Shown: positions 23,702-33,959 of the stretch, in pieces
How the letters are laid out: each line of letters begins with the position of its first letter
How positions within the stretch are numbered: position 1 is the first letter of the stretch
Assembly (NCBI GenBank): GCA_964016885.1
Contig: OZ024752.1
Span: forward strand, 23,436,001 to 23,500,000
Source: Eledone cirrhosa
Taxonomy: Eukaryota
DNA length: 64,000 nucleotides
Direction: 5' to 3'
Translations under genes and position numbers: made by a program
The notes under the pieces: generated by a model
What the model saw: the letters and a program-made list of their open reading frames with translations, nothing else
Databases searched by the model: none
Told to the model about the DNA's origin: nothing

Positions 23702-23707
<6 letters not shown>
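20455..23707 (-). mobile_element. Family A copy, 5'-truncated, with nonsense mutation
   Basis: ORF split into 22812..23660 and 20529..22718 by GGA>TGA at 22812-22814. Similarity to the full copy ends at ccagatgttat. Confidence 0.92.

Positions 23708-23732
<25 letters not shown>
23708..23732. repeat. (TTA)n target tract
   Basis: Direct reading of the sequence. Confidence 0.93.
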
Positions 23733-23943
23733 GACGAAAGTGGATGTACGTTTTTTGAAGCTCCGTGAGTAAGCAATTTTTGAGGATTAATTGTAGAGAA
23801 TTGTTTATTTTTTGTACCGCTGAAGCATTATAAGACATTAATTTGTATCCTGTGAAGGAATAACTCATAATATTTGGGCCTTTTGGCCCAAATATTTGAA
23901 CTTTATTTTGAAAAAAAAATAATAATTTTTTTCTCAAAAAAAC

Positions 23944-25854
23944 ATGGCGGAGCCACGCCCCCTAGAGGCGGGTCTGCTGTCGTGCAACGGCGACTTGAGC
24001 GTTGAGAGGAGAGGTGAGGCGAGGAGCGCCACCAGCACGAATGTGAGCAGCGACAGTGCCAGCACCAACGGGCCGAGCGGCGCGGAAGGTGGTAACAGCG
24101 ACAACACCAACACCAACAAGCCGAACAGCGCAGAAGGTGGTAATAGCGAGAGCACCAACAAAACGAACAGCACAGAGAGTAATAGTAGCGACAGCAGCAG
24201 CACCAACAAGGTCAACAGCACAGAAGGTAACCACGACACAGGGGAGAACAACAACAGCAATAGCAGCAGCAACACCAACAAGAACAACAACAGTGACAAC
24301 ATCAACAAGAACACTTTCGCTGCTGTGGCAGCGGCTAAAAGGAGACCATGCTACAGCATCGACTTAACCAACAGAGAGGAAAAGTTGGCCCAGGCCTGGA
24401 AAATCATAAATCAAGAGCAGACCTGGGCAAACTTAACTGTCCCGGCAGAAGCCATTGAGGCAGTGGAAAAAAGAACGGTGCATTTCAGATGCATCTCAGT
24501 AGAGACAAAGAGGGCAGCGATAATCGCCCAAGCTGACATAGAAGCCGCACTGAAATACATCAGAGAGGACACAGACTTCATAGAGAGGGGCAGGCAATAC
24601 GGCACCGTTTCGGTGCTGTTCAAGTCTGAAGCCCTCGCTGTGAAGCATTCAATGACCCCTTGCAAAACCAGCAAGGTCATAATGTACCCCTCCCACATGG
24701 GAAAACGAATAGCACGTGTGCGCATTCCCAGGATTCCACCAGGACTTGATATGTGGTGGCTCCTGGGTTGCGTAATCGTGGAAGGAACGGATACAGTCCC
24801 GGTAGAGGCAACGAGAACTGCCAGGGACGACTGGTCCGGGGTTGATCTGGAGATACTGCTCCAAATCAGACCCGAAAACGTAAAAACAATCCCGGACCAC
24901 ATCCGCCTCCAAAACGGGAGGGTGTTGCATATAATGACTGAGGGCAAAAGGCCGCATTGTTTCCTTTGTGGGGAAACGACACACTTGCGAGCCTTCTGCC
25001 CTCAACTGCCGAAAAGCGCAAGGGGTCGAAAGATTCCACTGCTGGCGACGCCGGGACAAGGACCACCAGCAACACCGTCAACAATGGAACCACCAAAATT
25101 GCACACCCAGGGGGGAAACGAGGAAAGCTCTCCCATTCCCCCTCCCCCCCAAAATACACACACGAACAAGAACATAAACACTCACTCAGACACAAACACG
25201 CTCACAGCCACAGACCCCTCATCCTCCAGCAGTGAAGATGAGGGAAAACCAAAGTCCCCCAAAATACAAAAAACAAAACACAAAAAAAAAAGAAATCCAC
25301 AAAGCACAAACACCCCCACAAAAAAAAATACACACACCACCCACACAAACATTTTCCCCACAGCATCACCAACACAACCACCAAAATCCCCCAAACGCAA
25401 ACAAGCTAAACAGACACAAGAACAAATAGACACACAAACATCAGAAACTACAGACACCCCACCCACAACAAACGCAGACACAATAGAAACAACACTAACA
25501 AAGCTATCACCACCACAATCACACGAACAAATAAAACCCGAGCAACAAAACATTAAAAACTTCGTGCTTGCCAGAAGGGCCAACAAGGAATTGATGGCCC
25601 ATGTAGCACGAAGCACAAACATCGAAAAAGACGGGGAAACATTTGAAGCGAGCACATTTCGCGTACCAGATAATTTGCTTCTGATGCGAATGTCGCTCGC
25701 TTCATACAAAGAAATTCGAAAGAGCTTTCCTCGGGATGTGGGAACCCCGAACGTAAAACCCACGTCAAGACTATTAAAGGGGTTCCCAAAAGAAACCCCA
25801 CAAACCATGGAGGTCGAACCACCCGACCTTCACAAGACCCCGGAAGGTAAGTAA
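23944..25854 (+). CDS. Tx1-b ORF1 protein (636 aa; CCHC zinc knuckle, low-complexity N/S- and T/P-rich tracts)
   Basis: CFLCGETTHLRAFC knuckle. Homologous to Tx1-a ORF1 (RGxxYGTV, WSG, EG(K/R)RP). Confidence 0.88.
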   Translation: MAEPRPLEAGLLSCNGDLSVERRGEARSATSTNVSSDSASTNGPSGAEGGNSDNTNTNKPNSAEGGNSESTNKTNSTESNSSDSSSTNKVNSTEGNHDTGENNNSNSSSNTNKNNNSDNINKNTFAAVAAAKRRPCYSIDLTNREEKLAQAWKIINQEQTWANLTVPAEAIEAVEKRTVHFRCISVETKRAAIIAQADIEAALKYIREDTDFIERGRQYGTVSVLFKSEALAVKHSMTPCKTSKVIMYPSHMGKRIARVRIPRIPPGLDMWWLLGCVIVEGTDTVPVEATRTARDDWSGVDLEILLQIRPENVKTIPDHIRLQNGRVLHIMTEGKRPHCFLCGETTHLRAFCPQLPKSARGRKIPLLATPGQGPPATPSTMEPPKLHTQGGNEESSPIPPPPQNTHTNKNINTHSDTNTLTATDPSSSSSEDEGKPKSPKIQKTKHKKKRNPQSTNTPTKKNTHTTHTNIFPTASPTQPPKSPKRKQAKQTQEQIDTQTSETTDTPPTTNADTIETTLTKLSPPQSHEQIKPEQQNIKNFVLARRANKELMAHVARSTNIEKDGETFEASTFRVPDNLLLMRMSLASYKEIRKSFPRDVGTPNVKPTSRLLKGFPKETPQTMEVEPPDLHKTPEGK

Positions 25855-25883
25855 ACCTTTCCTCTCCCATTCATCCTGCCAGC

Positions 25884-28800
25884 ATGGCCATAAGAGTAGG
25901 AAGTTTAAATGTTCGTGGCCTGGGGTCGCCCTGGAAGCAAGGTCACTTGCTCAACGACCTCAGGTCACTAGGAATGGATGTAATTGCCATCAGCGAGACC
26001 AGAATTTCCGACACACGCGCACTGGCGCCGATTTTCGACGATTATCAGATCTTTGCATCTGTTAGTCGGCCGGGAATGGGAGGTGGAGTGGCTGTGCTGT
26101 TTAGGAAATGTCTGGATCTCGAGGTAAGGTCAATCTTCCGGGATCCTGACGGAAAGTTGGTGGTCCTGGACGTGAGCAATAGCGAAGGTGGTGCCTTTAG
26201 ACTGGTGGCCGTCTACGCCCCTACTGGGGCCGGTCGGCCGGACTTCTTTAGGCGCCTGGAAAACTTTCTGCTTACGTCTCGCCCTTTACTGTTAATAGGG
26301 GATTGGAATGGCATCTTAGAAGCACGCTGGGATTGTGTGGGAGTATCTGATAGGAGCGGGGGGTGCAAAAGCCTCAAGTACCTGATCAGCCAGTTTCAAC
26401 TGTCTGACAGGTACCGACTAGATTTCCCTAATGCGCCAGTATGGACCTGGACCAATCGCATAGGGTCATCTAGATCGTACATAGATAGGATTTTCATTAG
26501 GAAAAGAGATAGAAATAGTGTAGGATGTCCACATTTTAAAACGGTTGCCTATTCAGATCACAAGCTTGTGATCTGTATGGTCGACCTAGATAAGACACGT
26601 AGGTTAGGACCTAGCTACTGGAAGCTAAACATGTCGTTTCCGGCACGTAAAGCTTACAGGGACCGGGTCAACAACTTAGTTAAGCAAAAGTTGACAGGGG
26701 GGGTTGTCAACAACAGGTGGTGGGGGGCACTCAAAAGAGAGATTAGAGCAACCTCGATAGGATTTAGCAAAGAAGTAGCAATAGAGAAAAATAGAAAGGA
26801 GGAGGGGCTGATAGCTAAGTTAGACGAGGCTATTTGTAGTGGCATTGCAACAGACGTGCTAGCGGCGAGAATGGCACTAGACCATTTCTTCAATGCGAAA
26901 CACGAAGGTTGCATTGTCAGAGCTAAGGCGCGTGCTCTGAGGAACGAGGGAAGCAAAGCTGCCCGATGGGCTCGCTTTGCAGAGACGCAGCGTGGAAATA
27001 AAACCACAATTCGGTCTTTGACGGATCGAGATGGACACGAACTGAGCGATTCCAAGCAGATGTGTGAGGCCTTTCGCCAGCACTTTGCTCGATTGTTCGG
27101 GAGGATGGGTGAGTCGGAGACGGCGGCGGACTTCAGTCCCTACCTCGACGGCTTGCCACGCCTCTCGACGGCCGACGCTGAGCGCTGCGAAGAGCCGATA
27201 ACATCAGCCGAAATTCAGGACGCCCTTGTCGGCTGCTCGAGTCGCAAGTCACCCGGTTTGGATGGTCTGCCCTACGAGCTTTACGTAAATATGCCAGACT
27301 TGTTCTCCGATCTCCTCGAAGCGCTCTACTGCAACTGGCAGCAGAACGGGAGCATTCCCAGTTCTGTGAGCCGTGGCGTAGTGACGCTGATAAGGAAAGA
27401 CGAGAACAAGAGGGACACACTAGATAATTTCAGGCCCATAACCCTGCTCAACACAGAGTTTAAGATTTTGGCCAAGGTGTTAGCGAAAAGGTTGGCGCTT
27501 GTCGTCAAAGATTTGGTTGGGGAGGCGCAAACTTGCGCAATCCCGACCAGGTCCATACACGACAACCTCCACCTCATGCGATACATCATAGAGAGGGTTG
27601 GGTGCAAACCTGGCTTCGGTGGGGCTCTGATCAATTTAGATCAATCGAAAGCATTCGATAGGGTCGACCATCGGTACTTGGAGGCTGTCCTCGAGGCGGC
27701 TGGCTTCGGCCCCGTCTTCAGAAGCTGGATCGCTGCAATGTACAGCGGCATCCGCTCGGTGGTCAAAGTTAATGGCCACCTCTCGGAACCGTTTCAGATC
27801 TCTCGATCGGTCCGTCAAGGGTGCCCTCTCTCCTCACTTCTGTACGTATTGACTCTTGAGCCTCTACTGCGGAAGCTGGAGTTGTTGCAGGGCATCCCGC
27901 TCGAACCGGGACGTAGAAAGGCTGCGTCCGCTTATGCGGACGACATCACCGTGATGGTGTCGGACACCTCGGAAATCGAGGTGATCCGCACCCATTTGGA
28001 GGAATATGAAAGGTTGACGGGAGCAAAACTTAACCCGGAAAAGTCGGTGGGCTTGCAGCTCGGCACCTGGAGAGGCAAGTCCATGCCGTCCAACAGCGTC
28101 GTTGGGCGCTGGACAGACGGACCGGTAAAGTTGCTCGGGGTTTGGTTCGGACCAGACCTCCAGGTGGATAAGAATTGGGACGAGGTGACGAGCAGGATAG
28201 CCAACCTCACCCAGAAATGGGCTGAGAGAAAGCTATCACTGAAAGGGCGGGCGGAGGTGGCGAACGCGTACATCGCGTCCGTCATCTACTACCGCCTGAC
28301 CGTCGTGCCTTGCCCCCGTCCACGCCTCGCCAATTTGGAACGGCTCCTTTTCAAATTTTTGTGGAGGGGACGGGTCCCGTTGGTGAGGCGGTCCATCTGC
28401 TGCCAGCACCCTCTTCGTGGAGGGCTGGGCATGCCGTGGCTAATGATGCGCAGACATGCGCTGAGGCTGCGACATCTCCAGATATTTTGCCTAAACGGTG
28501 AACAGGTGTGGTCGCCGTTTGTTAGACGGGCCTTTCCGCAGCTCATCTCTTTGACTGAGCTGCAGTCCTGGGTCAAGAAGAGACCGAGACTGGGCGACTG
28601 GCATCTGGAATGTTGCCAGGCGCTCACTGCACTCTGCAAGGTGGGCAATGCGGTCAGTGGAACTTCCACTCAAGATTTCTATAGAGGATTAGTGGAGGGC
28701 AAGTGCGATGACGTACTAGGAGAGGCTCTGGGCGTCAACGAAGTAGAACTGACCAGTATGTTCCGGAGGACTTTCGAGCCGGGGACGATGGATAACTTCC

Positions 28801-29303
28801 AGAAATCCCTCGCTTGGCAGTGCTACCGGGGGGCGCTGCCGGTTCGGGATAAACTCTACAGGCACGGAAGTGCTGTCAGACGAACCTGCCCGAGATGCGC
28901 GCAGAGCGACGAAACCGTTCTGCACGCACTCGTCCAGTGTCCGTGCATTGCTGACTTGTGGGGTTATGTCGAACAGCTATTGTCGCGTGTAGAACGGATC
29001 CGGCTATCGTCCGAGTCCATAGTGAAGATTGACCCGCCGCCTTCTTTTGGTCAGGAAGGGCAGGCAATTTTCCTCTGCCTGGTGGCAGTAGCGAAAGAGG
29101 TTGCATGGTGGACCAGGTTGAAAGGACTGAAGACAGACACTTTTCTCTTCGGCCAATCCCTCATCAACTTCTTCAAGTTTCACTTGGAAAGGAAGGTGAG
29201 GGTGGAGAGAGAAGTGCTGCCCCCCAGTACATTTACTGAAAGGTGGGTGAATGTGGCGAGAATGGCCCGCGTGAGTGGGCCTACTCTGATCATGCGCCTG
29301 TAG
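25884..29303 (+). CDS. Tx1-b ORF2 protein (1139 aa; APE endonuclease, reverse transcriptase, C-terminal CCHC)
   Basis: APE motifs NVRG, SETR, YAP, GDWN, IDR, SDH; YWKLN; RT motifs KSPGLDG, FRPITLLN, DQSKAFD, RQGCPLS, YADD; CPRCAQSDETVLHALVQC. Confidence 0.94.
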   Translation: MAIRVGSLNVRGLGSPWKQGHLLNDLRSLGMDVIAISETRISDTRALAPIFDDYQIFASVSRPGMGGGVAVLFRKCLDLEVRSIFRDPDGKLVVLDVSNSEGGAFRLVAVYAPTGAGRPDFFRRLENFLLTSRPLLLIGDWNGILEARWDCVGVSDRSGGCKSLKYLISQFQLSDRYRLDFPNAPVWTWTNRIGSSRSYIDRIFIRKRDRNSVGCPHFKTVAYSDHKLVICMVDLDKTRRLGPSYWKLNMSFPARKAYRDRVNNLVKQKLTGGVVNNRWWGALKREIRATSIGFSKEVAIEKNRKEEGLIAKLDEAICSGIATDVLAARMALDHFFNAKHEGCIVRAKARALRNEGSKAARWARFAETQRGNKTTIRSLTDRDGHELSDSKQMCEAFRQHFARLFGRMGESETAADFSPYLDGLPRLSTADAERCEEPITSAEIQDALVGCSSRKSPGLDGLPYELYVNMPDLFSDLLEALYCNWQQNGSIPSSVSRGVVTLIRKDENKRDTLDNFRPITLLNTEFKILAKVLAKRLALVVKDLVGEAQTCAIPTRSIHDNLHLMRYIIERVGCKPGFGGALINLDQSKAFDRVDHRYLEAVLEAAGFGPVFRSWIAAMYSGIRSVVKVNGHLSEPFQISRSVRQGCPLSSLLYVLTLEPLLRKLELLQGIPLEPGRRKAASAYADDITVMVSDTSEIEVIRTHLEEYERLTGAKLNPEKSVGLQLGTWRGKSMPSNSVVGRWTDGPVKLLGVWFGPDLQVDKNWDEVTSRIANLTQKWAERKLSLKGRAEVANAYIASVIYYRLTVVPCPRPRLANLERLLFKFLWRGRVPLVRRSICCQHPLRGGLGMPWLMMRRHALRLRHLQIFCLNGEQVWSPFVRRAFPQLISLTELQSWVKKRPRLGDWHLECCQALTALCKVGNAVSGTSTQDFYRGLVEGKCDDVLGEALGVNEVELTSMFRRTFEPGTMDNFQKSLAWQCYRGALPVRDKLYRHGSAVRRTCPRCAQSDETVLHALVQCPCIADLWGYVEQLLSRVERIRLSSESIVKIDPPPSFGQEGQAIFLCLVAVAKEVAWWTRLKGLKTDTFLFGQSLINFFKFHLERKVRVEREVLPPSTFTERWVNVARMARVSGPTLIMRL

Positions 29304-29554
29304 GCTGGTGAATTCGAGAAGGAGAGGGGTGCCCTTCCCGGGTGCCCTAGGAGCGTCGGGTGGCTCAGGACTGGTGGGGTGCTTGAGTCAACCCTGGGTG
29401 GTGATCCCTCTTATTGGGGAACTTTCATTGTTGTATTTTTATTGTTATTTTGTTTTTTTGTTATTTATACTTACTCGATCTCTATGTAAACCCCCACTGT
29501 CCCTGTCTATTGTGTTGTCCCCTATATGTCGGCCCTTGTGGCCAATAAATGAAA

Positions 29555-29556
<2 letters not shown>

Positions 29557-29604
<48 letters not shown>

Positions 29605-29619
29605 GTTGTTGTTGTTATT
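29557..29619. repeat. (TTA)n tract shared by the Tx1-b tail and a family A tail
   Basis: Direct reading of the sequence. Confidence 0.95.
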
Positions 29620-32600
29620 CCTTGAATCTCAGTCATTGATGTTGGTTAACTGGAAAGTCCGTTGGATTGAATATCAAGCCACTACCTGCAGCCTCAGATA
29701 TTCAGGACGTATCGGAGGGTTCTTGCTGTTCCAAGCAAGCATGCCTTTTGAAGCGTTCCAAAAAGCGTGAAGGGGCCGATTTTCTTTAACCATCCCTGGA
29801 AACTTTTGGAGATAGTCCCCAGTGCGCCTATGACAATCGGGATCACTTTGACTTCATGGCAGTTCCAAATCCTTTTCACCTCCCACTTTAGGTCCTGGTA
29901 TCGGTTAATTTTCTCCCTCTCCTTCTCTTGCACTCTCGTGTCGAACGGGCAGGCCACATCCACAATCAGGCACGATCTTTTTTCTTTGTCCACAACCACC
30001 AGGTCAGGTCTATTGTGTTCCAGTTTTTTGTCCGTCTGTATCCTAAAATCCCACAGCACCTTCACCTGATTGTTCTCCATCACCGCCTCTGGCCTATGCT
30101 CATACCATTTCTCAGAATGTGGTAAATTGTTTACTTTGCACAGGTGCCAGTGGATCACCCTGCCCATCACATCGTGTCTCCAGCCCTTATAGTGGGTCTG
30201 GGCTAGGTGTTTACACTCGGACACAATGTGAGCCACAGTCTCCTCTCTCTCTCCACAGATCCTGCACAGTGGGCTAGCCTCCTCCTTGTAGATATGGTGC
30301 TTCAACCACTTCGTTTTGAGGGCCTGCTCCTGCGCAGCCATTAGCATTCCTTCTGTAGCCTTTTTGAGGTCTCCTCTTCTCAACCAGTTCCATGTCTGTG
30401 GATCTCTAAATTCAGTTTTCTCAAAGAAGGTACTATGAAGGGATTTTCCCTTAAGGCTGCTCTTCCTCCTTGATGTTATTTCCTCCTTGGACATCCCCTG
30501 GCCTACTGTCCCCTCCTTCAGTACAGTTCTGAGCATTGGCTCCTTACTATAGGTCACGTATTTGTATAGGTTGTTTTTCTCCATCTGAACACAGTCCTCT
30601 ATGCTGATAAGACCTCTTCCACCCTCAGATCTCCTTAGGTAGAGTCTATCGATATCACTCCTCTTGTGGAACATGTTGTAGATAGTCAATAGCTTCCTAG
30701 TCTTCCTATCCATTTCTTTTTGTTCAGCAACATTCCATCTCAGAATTCCCGCACTGTACCTGATAATAGACACAGCTCGGGAATTTACTGCGCTTATGGC
30801 ATTTCTGCTGTTCAGATGTGACTTCAATACGCTCCTTACTCTCCGAATGTATTCAGTTCTTAACAATTCCTTCATTTTTTTGTTCTTTATGCCATCAGCC
30901 TCCAGAACGCCCAAATACTTGTATCCTTCCTCAGAGTCAATTTCCTTTATCATCTCACCTGTTGTTATATGGATCCCGTTACTTCTGCTCAACCTACCCC
31001 TCTTCATCACAATGACTCCACATTTACCAATACCAAACTGCATACATATATCACTGCTGAAAATACGGACAGTGTCAACAAGCACATCCAACTCCTTCTC
31101 ACTTTTCCCGAAGAGCTTAAGATCGTCCATGAAGAGGAGGTGATTGATGGTAAGCTCTCCCCTTCCCAACTTGTATCCTGCTCTCACTTTTCGCAGCATA
31201 ATGGTCAAGGGCATCAGGGCAAGGACAAACAACAGAGGGGACAGGCTATCTCCCTGGAAGATACCTCTCTTGATATTCACGCTTCCCAAGGATACTCCAG
31301 TTGATGTCAACTCTGTCTCCCAGGACCCATACCCCTGCCTAGCAACTGTCTGATGTTATCTGCCACCCTGAAGATCTCCAGGCTTTTGGTGATCCAGGAA
31401 TGAGGCACCATGTCAAATGCCTTTCTGTAGTCTATCCATCCCATGGCAAGATCAGTGTGTCTCCTCCTGCAATTCCCCATTACCATCTTATCAATAAGTA
31501 ACTGGTCCTTTGTACCACGTGACTTCTTTCGGCATCCTTTCTGTTCGTCCGGTAACAAGTTGTTTGTGTGGAGGTGATGGTAGATTTCCTCAGACACAAT
31601 GCTCGTCAACAGTTTCCACATTACGGACAGACATGTGATAGGTCTATAGTTGGTAACATCATTACCCTTGATTCGGTCTTTCATTATCAGAACTGTGGTA
31701 CCTTTTGTCAACCACTCTGGCACCTCACCCGACACCAAGCAGTCATTGAACATGGCCGTCAGCTTCGGGTGGAGGGATGTTAAATGTTTAATCCAATACC
31801 CCTGCACACCATCTGGGCCTGGTGATTTCCAGTTGGTTAGTTTTTTGGCCTGCCCCTTAAGAGTTTCAACTGTGATACTCAAATCAGTTTGTTGTTGTGC
31901 CTGCTCACCGATCTCCCTCTGTATTGTCTCAATCCACCCTGCCTGGGCATTGTGTCTAACATCCTGCTCCCATATTCATCTCCAGAATGTTTTAGTTTGT
32001 TCCGCCCCAGGGATCAAGTCGTTGCCTCTTTCTTTCCCCTCAAGCTGTCCAAACAGCATCTTCTGGTTGTTGTCGAACATGCGGTTCTGTTTATACTGAC
32101 TGACTCTGTTCTCGTATCGCCTGATTTTTGCACTCTTTGCTACAATGCGTTGCTTCAATTCCTCTATGATAATATTTAGCTTTTTCCTCCTAGTTTTGTA
32201 TTTTATTTCCAGTCTATTTTTAGTGCCTATGTTTTTTAGTGTCCCATTCAGTAGTGACTCAAGCTTTCCTATGTCATTTCTCATTTCCCCGATTTGCCCA
32301 CTCAGTCGCTTCTTCCACCACGGCTCTGCTCTTTCTTGTCTGTTGTTTCCTCTCGCTTTTATACCAAGTAGTTTCCTCACCGTATTTGCTGTTGCTTTGA
32401 GGATATTGTTGCACTGGTGAAGGCTCCTCGCCTCAAGGTATGGGATGACTTTGTTTACCTTAGCTGTTGTTTCTTTTAACTTTTTCCTGTCTACAAATCT
32501 TAGGTTCATAGGTCTCCCACTATCATTGTTCAATTCATCTACCACTAAATTTAGGATGTCAACCGAATCTTGTCCTAGCCCGTCAGCATTCATCTCCTCA

Positions 32601-32896
32601 GTGGCCGTATCTCTGTTCCAGGTATTATTTATCTCAGTATTCAGATCATTGTCTGCTTCGGGTGGTTCCTCCGTTCTCAGGACCTCTTCACCTTCATTTC
32701 CCACTGGCTCGCTTGTCTGGCATACTACACCCGCCATCTCCAAGCCATTCTCTCTGCTCAGTTCCTCCAGTTCCAGCTCGCTTATCCACCCATTAGTTCT
32801 TATTACCCGAGCCTGCCCGGCCAATTTTTGTTCATCTAATTTAAATAAACCAATCTCGTTCCAGATGTTATGCATCCGTCTCCTGTAGCCCCTCTC
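29620..32896 (-). mobile_element. Family A copy, 5'-truncated, with nonsense mutation and frameshift
   Basis: ORF pieces 31976..32875, 31307..31882 and 29694..31310. Same TGA as the 20455 copy at 31976-31978. 1-nt deletion near 31327. Confidence 0.92.
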
Positions 32897-32898
32897 TA

Positions 32899-32958
<60 letters not shown>
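32897..32958. repeat. (TTA)n target tract
   Basis: Direct reading of the sequence. Confidence 0.95.
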
Positions 32959-32961
<3 letters not shown>

Positions 32962-33061
32962 CCTGCCGAGGTTAACTTTGCCTTTCATCCTTATGGGCTC
33001 GATAAAATAAAGTACCAGTAATGTACTGGGTAATTGCTGGCCTTGTGCCTAAAGTAGAAAT
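32959..33061 (+). mobile_element. tRNA-derived SINE, 5'-truncated, inserted in the TTA array in Tx1 orientation
   Basis: gccgaggttaactttgcctttcatcc...taccagtaa...ggccttgtgcctaaagtagaaa followed by a degenerate TTA tract. Confidence 0.88.
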
Positions 33062-33087
33062 ATTAATAATAATTATTATTATTATTA

Positions 33088-33173
33088 CAGTTGCATTTAT
33101 CTTGCTTTATGTTCATACGAATTATCACCAAGTCAAACCAGTGACCTCAAGTGACAACAAGGTCCGCCATGTT
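33088..33173 (-). mobile_element. Family B extreme 3' end (86-bp remnant)
   Basis: cagttgcatttatcttgctttatgttcatacg...aaggtccgccatgtt matches 15289..15375. Preceded by tta repeats. Confidence 0.88.
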
Positions 33174-33189
33174 TTCTATCTTGAAGCTC

Positions 33190-33828
33190 TCGCCAGTGTT
33201 CATTTAAATGAACATTGGCGAGAGCTTCAAGATAGAAAAGATTCATCAGTACTCCACCAACATGCTAAAATAGAACATAAGGGCAAATTAGAGAAAATAG
33301 AAATAAAAATAAAATCTACACACAGAAAAGACGCAATGTTTAGACAAATCACAGAGGCAATAAACATAAATGAACTCCAACCAAAATTAAATATAAAACA
33401 TGAATGGAATATCAACATCCCAACTTACAATTAAGGACAAAATGAAAACTCACACACATAGAACAAACAACCAACCAGTAACATGTAAATAAACAAATAA
33501 ATAAACAAATAAAAACACACACAGACACCCGGATGTAACACATGCGCAAACGAAACACACAACACACACAAAAACAGATGGCGTAGGACAGAACAAAGGA
33601 GAGGCACAAAACAAAGAGAATAATCCCCAGTCACTGAAGAGGTCACAAAATGTGTGACGAAAGGACTTTGACAATATATGAACAACCGTCCGGTTGTGGA
33701 ACAAACCAACCAACCGCAAATTTATAAATTCTTAAATTTATAAATTTAATTTATAATAAATTGGAGTGAAAGCAACTGGTGCGTGTGTTTCTTATTGGCA
33801 ACATGACCCTCCCAAATATAACAATATA
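33190..33828 (+). mobile_element. Penelope-like element 3' fragment (GIY-YIG C-terminus plus pseudo-LTR)
   Basis: EH..SVLHQH..RQITEAINI..PKLNIKHEW resembles a GIY-YIG end. Hammerhead downstream. Terminal atgaccctcccaaatataacaatat matches 40015..40040. Confidence 0.7.
33630..33672 (+). ncRNA. Minimal type I hammerhead ribozyme motif (PLE-associated)
   Basis: GTCA-CTGAAGA-G-GTCAC(loop)GTGAC-GAAA-GGAC-TT-TGAC: stem I GTCA/TGAC, stem II GTCAC/GTGAC, very short stem III. Confidence 0.7.
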
Positions 33829-33881
33829 TATATATAGTAAGAGAAAACAAAGAGCGCTTATAACATCAATCAATTTTTATT

Positions 33882-33928
33882 CGCTGACAGTGTTTCATCC
33901 ATACCATGGGGCAGGACTCATTAGAACG
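33882..33928 (-). ncRNA. Hammerhead ribozyme motif with core mutation, in an inverted pseudo-LTR
   Basis: Minus strand CGTT-CTAATGA-GTCC(loop)GGAT-GAAA-CACTG-TC-AGCG followed by AATAAA. CTAATGA deviates from CTGANGA. Confidence 0.6.
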
Positions 33929-33959
33929 TTGAAAACAAAAACACAATAATGAAGATAAG

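Larger units (their letters stand above)
23733..29556 (+). mobile_element. Tx1-like non-LTR retrotransposon, family Tx1-b, full-length and intact (~5.8 kb)
   Basis: 211-nt 5' UTR, two uninterrupted ORFs separated by 29 nt, ~250-nt 3' UTR ending AATAAATGAAATC then (ATT)n. Confidence 0.93.
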
